Source: Antedon mediterranea
Taxonomy: Eukaryota > Animalia > Echinodermata
Length of the DNA: 64,000 bases
NCBI RefSeq assembly: GCF_964355755.1
Contig: NC_092679.1
Span: 16,971,432-17,035,431, forward strand
Direction: 5' to 3'
The notes below the pieces were generated by a model. That model did not search any database and was not told where the DNA came from. It saw only the letters and a list, made by a program, of their open reading frames with translations. The translations under genes and the position numbers were made by a program. Below are positions 57,935-64,000 of this stretch, one piece after another; the stretch's first letter is position 1; each line of letters opens with the position of its first letter.

Positions 57935-58499
57935 CGTCTTAACTATCAAATACTGTTTAGAAATAAATATTTTCGTGGTTAAATCATGTCATAAAACAAA
58001 TAAACACAAGGTTAACTTTGTAAACACAGCAGAATATCGCACATGTCAACAGCAATCAGCAACTATTTCTTCCAAGGTCACACGACAAATCATCCAGGGT
58101 CGCAAAAGTATAGAGTGCGCCCTTCAAAATATTACGTAATAAATATTCTAATTGTAAACAAAATAAAAATTTATTCTTCAGAAAAAATAGGTTAATGTAA
58201 AGTAATTTTATTTCACGAGTTTGCAGAACATTATTTATTATGCGTATACTGTAATAGTACACGTACGTATATGTTTGAACATCGACTGTGTTTGACGTCA
58301 GGTTGTGTCCGGTCCATGCGGCCGCGGCGTCGCGTTTAAGCGTCACGTTAGCAGCGGCATTCGAATAAAAAAAGAAATTACGCACATTTTATTGTTACGC
58401 CCATCCAATTTAATTGAGAAACAAAAACAAACACAACCAGACCAAAATAATATTCAACAGGTTACGCATACAACTTTTGAACCATATTTTGACTTTAAA

Positions 58500-61400
58500 A
58501 TGACGGCAGCAGGTGGTGATCAAGAGCTTCTTCAGGTGAGAGACAACAGCCAAAGAATGAGTAATGTGGCCTTATTTTAATGGACCCTAGACTAGAGTTA
58601 GCTCCAGTAATTTATAATTGATCATTCTTACTTTTAGAGTAACCAAATCAAATTATCAGCGGTCAACGAATCAGCTTTTAAATATCACGATGAAGGTGGA
58701 AAATCAGACTCTAGGCCTATACGAACTTTCCTTACACACCGTCGTCGATGTTCAAAAAGCACTTCGTCGGTAAACATCAAAGATGAAGATCAAAGTGATG
58801 ATGGCGACGCACCTGTCAAGGGAAACCCATCTGCAGTCACACGAACTGGAAGCCTGCCAGAAGTAAATGGGTTACTCAAATGCAAATCAAACGGCCAGCT
58901 CCGTGATTTCATAGTAGTATGTCTTATAATATTATTTTAATCTGAATAAATACACTACAGTAAAGGATACTTAGGCCTGATTGTTATAAGGGAAATAGGA
59001 CATGCATATTAAATATGATATGCCTAGGCTAGTCATATTTGGATGAGCAGCATAACATCAAGCTCTCTCACGTAATAAATACGTATAAATTTGATAATTA
59101 AACAATAATTTGAGGTAAATCTTTCCTTGAATTTAATTGAAATCTGAAGAAACTTTTCCACAACATACACAGCAGTAGTCTTACTACACTATTACGTAAT
59201 GTGTAATTGCAAAAAGTGGTCCTGTATAGTGTTCGGGAGATTTCAACCAAGGTCTTGCATTAAGAAAATCAAGTTCAACAGAATGTGACCAACAGCTTTT
59301 ATACAATTTATTTTATATTCTTTTACAATTTTAGTTAAAAGAATCAAGTTGTCCAAAATTGGAACAGGTAAAAGCTGCCGATAATTGCTATAAAAAGTAA
59401 GATTGTTATCTTCACTATTATGATAATATCATCATTTATCTCTATATTATCAATGTAAGTTCAATGTGGGAAGAGTTGCTTTACACCAAAATTCACCAAC
59501 AGACATTACTGCTTTTGCATGCTCAATGATTATTTTTTGTTCCAATTGTTTAGTCTTGGAGATTTACGAATGCCTCGTGTGAATCAAGAACGTAAAGAGT
59601 CTGATAGCAGCTCAACTCAAACAATATCTACACTAGTGCCTCCCGATATCAGTACCTTTGCAACTCAGCCAAAAATAAACAGTCCTCCTTTGAAATCTCG
59701 TGGTAGGTCCAACAGCAAGGGCTCGGAATATCGTAACAGAAGTTTTAAAAAGTACCGTAATGCATATATTTCAATGGTAATCAGGTGAAGAAAAGCAATA
59801 TTGGTTGCAGTAACGACAATCATGTAATAATAACTTAGGCCAAATATGAAAATGAATTTAAATTTTTTTTGGATAGGTATTTTAGAAAAAGAAAAGATAA
59901 TGCTTCTTATTGATGATTACCAGAAAAATCAAACGACACTCCAGGAGCAAGTAAGTATAAATTGTAAATATAAATTTATTTTAAACCAATACAAGCGAGG
60001 TACCAGTGAATTAAATTATAGGCCCGCGTGAACGCACCAGATCTAATTTCAATCTAAAGATTCCAAAGACTTCGGATCTTGTGTGACTTCAGTTTCCACG
60101 TCTTTTTTAACGGTTGATTGATTTCTTTGTTGCTGTTCCAGTTACGCGAACTTCAGCAGCAATGCCAGGAAAAGGAATTCCATATGAAAAAGATGACGGA
60201 ACAACTCTGCAAGAGCATGGTCAGAAATACGAAACTAGAACATGAAAGAAGTAAGAATTATTAAGGTCATGTGGCTACATCTCATGGAGTAGGGGTTAGA
60301 TATCAGTTTTCAATAGGCCTACGTTGTTCTTTTTTTTTATTACATTTGACAAAACATGCACTGATTCAATTTCTCCTTTTCAGTTGATATATCTTTCTTT
60401 TCTGCCTTACAAACATCATGATCAATTTTATCGATGCTAGATTGGACGGGATTGTTTACAATTTATTCATCTCTCTTTCCATTTTTGTTTACGTTTATTT
60501 CACCTGTTTTTATAATGAATAATTGTGTTGATCATTTGATAGCAATAATGCAATCAACTGTAGAGAGACTTTCCAGTGATCAGCATGAAAAAGAACGAAG
60601 ACTTATAGCCACTGAAAAGAACCTGAGGATGACGCAGAAAGATCTATATGAAATAACAAGAAAAAGGGTAATGTTTTTTTTTTTCAGGTCATTTCCACTT
60701 AACCTTGTTCGTACTACTGTGTGAATATGAGTGTTTTTCTCATTTCTATATACATTAATCTCATCTGTCGTCCTGCATTAGTTTACCTCCTACAACTACT
60801 ACACTTTCGCCAGTGATTTTTAAAGAATCGTCCTCCTGTACATTATGCAAATTGGATCAAACTTCATATCCACGTTATTCCATGGAAGAGTGAAATTACT
60901 CATTACATTGTAATTTCACTCTTCCCTGGTATTCTATACCTGCGCCTTCATCAATGCTTGATCTTAAAAGATACAGCTAACACGAGGTATATGTTAAGTG
61001 GGAATAAGTAGATGTAAACTTACTTTATTTTGTATGGTATTAGGATAAGCTGAAGAAGGACTACCAAGAGCTGTGTGCAACGCAGAACACACTGGTCGAA
61101 AGTAGCGTGGCACCGTTACATGATAAAATAAACAATATGAAGGAAGACCGAAAAAAACTTCGTCAGAAGATAAATAAATTAAAAGATTTGCTTAAAGGAA
61201 AAGAGGTTAGTTGAATGGTGTTTAGAACAACAGAAAAAATAATAAACAATTAAAATAAACAACAAATAATTTTATACAATGTAATTCCATTAAGCATTGT
61301 GAGTTTGAAATTTGTCGAATCTCTTGTATCATTTTGTACCTGTGTTTCAACAGTGGAAATGTTTCTAATTTTTCCAATTTGTAGACAAATTGATTTGATT

Positions 61401-64000
61401 TCTTTCTCCCATTTCTACGAATGAAACAACACTTGTCACATTTTTTCTTTTGTAGTCCTATGTATGGACACTACTGTTAAAATATATAAATATTTTTTTT
61501 CTATTTTATTTTTCATTTTCTTCGAATCTTTTTTACCGAAGAATCGAATAAATTACACGGAAAACAAACTACTCGTAAGTAACCATTTATCATTTTAGTT
61601 AAAAATATTACGTTGTTTTCTATATTGTGGGCAAAACGAAGTGTAAACACGATGATCTAAAAACCCAAGTTCACTGAATCAATATGCACATGTTTACAGA
61701 ACCATGATTGTCACACGTTGACCATTTATGTATTGTTAATAATTTTCAATAATTCCATTGGTTGGATGATTCTAGGCTCACAAAATTCTTCTTGATACTT
61801 TGAAACATGTGGTATCGCCAGAACCATGTGATGTGACTGACCAATTTGGATCAGCGTTGCACGAGCAGGCAGTGGACAGTGAGGAGCGCACACCTGAACA
61901 AAACTACTCCAGAAGACATTCAATTGAAGGCAATCGGGATGAGCAGAATAGTAGTCTTCACAAATCTAAAAGCAACACTCCAACAGAAAGAGGAAAGTCA
62001 CACACACGAAGCAGATCTAGTGGTAGTCGTCAACGAAAACACGTAATTGAAGACAATTTAGAAAACAAAGAAAAGTTGTTCCGTGACGAGAACAGCAAAC
62101 AAGATCATCTGTTCATAGATGACAATCCGGAACAACAGGACATTTTCAGTAATGCGGAGGAACATAGCAGTCTTCTTAGTGGGCCTTTAACTTTTTTACA
62201 ATCGGATACAGTAGAGGTGTCGTCCCTGTTTAAGGAACTTGTCTCCTATGATTTAAGTGGGTCACCGAATGGTGCAAATGATTTAGCAGAGGGTCTATTG
62301 TTAAGAAAGCAAGAATTAGATAACCATTTTATGAAAGCAAGAGATAGGTAAGTGAGTGTGGTATCAACATCGTTTGCAAATAACTTAATTATTTGCAAGT
62401 AATTCTAGGCGACAGTCTGGCTATCGTTGTAGCGCAACGCCTAATACTTGCGTATTCCTTGAATACTTAAGCCGGCACACGAGCCCGTAATTAGAAAGTC
62501 ACGGAACCAATTCCAATTATATCAAATTTCATTACCGTTTAATTACATACTTGATGTAACATACATGCAGCAACTGACCTAATTATTTCGCAGTTAATTC
62601 CCATCGTTTTACTCAACATTATAGATATAGTGTTTCGAGTATTTGTATATTTACACAAGTAAATATAAAGTTACGGAAACCCAATAAAATTGAATAATGC
62701 ATCTTACGCATTGAATTACATAACGTACACGGTCTAATTACAAGATACTGCACATAAATAAACTTCTAAAATTATCATACACCATTACCTTATTAAAGTC
62801 AAAATATATTTAAAATATAATAAATAATATTGTTTACATAATTACATTAATGTCATGATATTTAAATACAGGCATGTGTTTCCCACAAAAGAAAAATATA
62901 TAGTTTGCGTTGAATGGCCGATTAACATAGAGTTCACCAGATAACCTAGTTGGCAGGGTTATTACACAGAAACACAATAGTCAAAAGTGAGCCAAAATAT
63001 CGTGGGAGTGGGGATTAAAATTACATTTCTGCAAAATTGTTTATTGTTTGCATTGTGAAAGGTCTTGGCAATATGTTTACGTGGTCCAACGAGACGGGTG
63101 CTTAACATTTTATGAGAATAAGAAACAAGAGCAGAAAGAAATTCTGAAAGACGCCTGCGCAGTGCAGGACCTTCGAAATGCGATTGTGACCCAAGCTGTG
63201 GATTATTCAAAGAGAAAACACGTATTTAGAGTTAGGTAAGAAGTGCTATAATTATATATAGCTATTAGTAACATTGATAATTGATTATATACCGATGACA
63301 TCCAGTGATATCGAACGCGTCAACCAATGACGTCATTTGCTACACACATCGTCTGTTCTTGTCTCCTGTAAGGCGCGATAATGCCCGATGATTTATATCT
63401 TTGGGAAAACTCATCATTAAGAAGCTTTTAAATCGATTAAAATATGAATCAAAACCAATGGAGGAAGATTTTGTTTCTTCATCAAGCATATTATTTCCAT
63501 TAAAATATGCAACGTTAATTTGCTGTATTTTGTTTCACTTGCTTCTGCTTTATATAAATTCAGCAGCAAACGTAAATTTGGTAATTAACTGCAAAGTTAA
63601 TACCGGTTTCAGACGTGCTAATGTAACAAAGTGTTACATGCATATCTCCCAGGATAATTTTCCGAGTTACAATGCTTTCACACGATAGTTTTTCACGGTG
63701 GTAATTTATGCAAGTGCCATGTAAGAACTCATCAGAAATACTACTGTTGTTATGTACATCGATGCAATCTTTACAGACTTAGCTGATGGACACTGTTGTT
63801 ACATTTTGTATTTTTGTAGTGTGAATTGGTAAATGTCTCCTTTTCATCAGCACTACTTCTCATTGATGTCGTTTCAGCAACGTTGCTTTCGTAATAGAGC
63901 GGTTGTTTATTTGCTCTTCATTTCAGGTTTGCAAATGGTCTCCAGTATTTGTTTCAAGCCCAAGACGGCCGAGAGATGATGTTCTGGATCTGCAGCATGG
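58500..64000 (+). CDS. Coiled-coil plus beta-spectrin-type PH domain protein (3' end beyond window)
   Basis: Probable exons 58500-58535, 58638-58916, 59335-59396, 59554-~59750, 59877-59950, 60543-~60667, 61044-61205, 61776-62347, 63062-63235, 63927-end. PH domain: AEGLLLRKQELD..KARDR|SWQYVYVV..LTFY..AVDYSKRKHVFRVR|FANGLQYLFQAQDGREMMFWI. Some N-terminal boundaries are uncertain. Confidence 0.78.

Noticed and set aside
61800-64000. Calling the last gene beta-spectrin or PSD/EFA6
   Set aside because: No spectrin repeats, CH domains or Sec7 domain are recognisable upstream of the PH domain within the space bounded by NAA80.

Overview
AT-rich, intron-containing animal genomic DNA, most likely an invertebrate deuterostome such as an echinoderm (inference from gene content and repeats only). 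Manual splicing recovers nine protein-coding genes. In order: DNAJC4-like (-), an FGFR-family receptor tyrosine kinase that appears to have only one Ig domain (-), a short divergent NK2.1/NK2.2-class homeobox gene (-), LONRF (+), HAAO (-), a divergent NAA80 paralog (-), a Shisa/WBP1-like single-pass PPxY protein (+), a canonical NAA80 (-), and a coiled-coil plus beta-spectrin-type PH protein (+, runs off the window). Introns and intergenic DNA carry many non-autonomous elements: several PIF/Harbinger-type MITE families sharing AGC...GCT ends, Kolobok-like TTAA elements, a Helitron-like element, a Ginger-like element, tRNA-derived SINEs, LINE 3' fragments, a 35-bp P-like palindrome and five minisatellites. 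The most notable observations are the single-Ig FGFR (with a possible Ig-less isoform and inverted MITE pairs around its exons) and the duplicated NAA80 whose second copy lost basic substrate-site residues and replaced the polyproline loop with a Cys-rich tandem repeat. All calls are by eye; no database searches were run.
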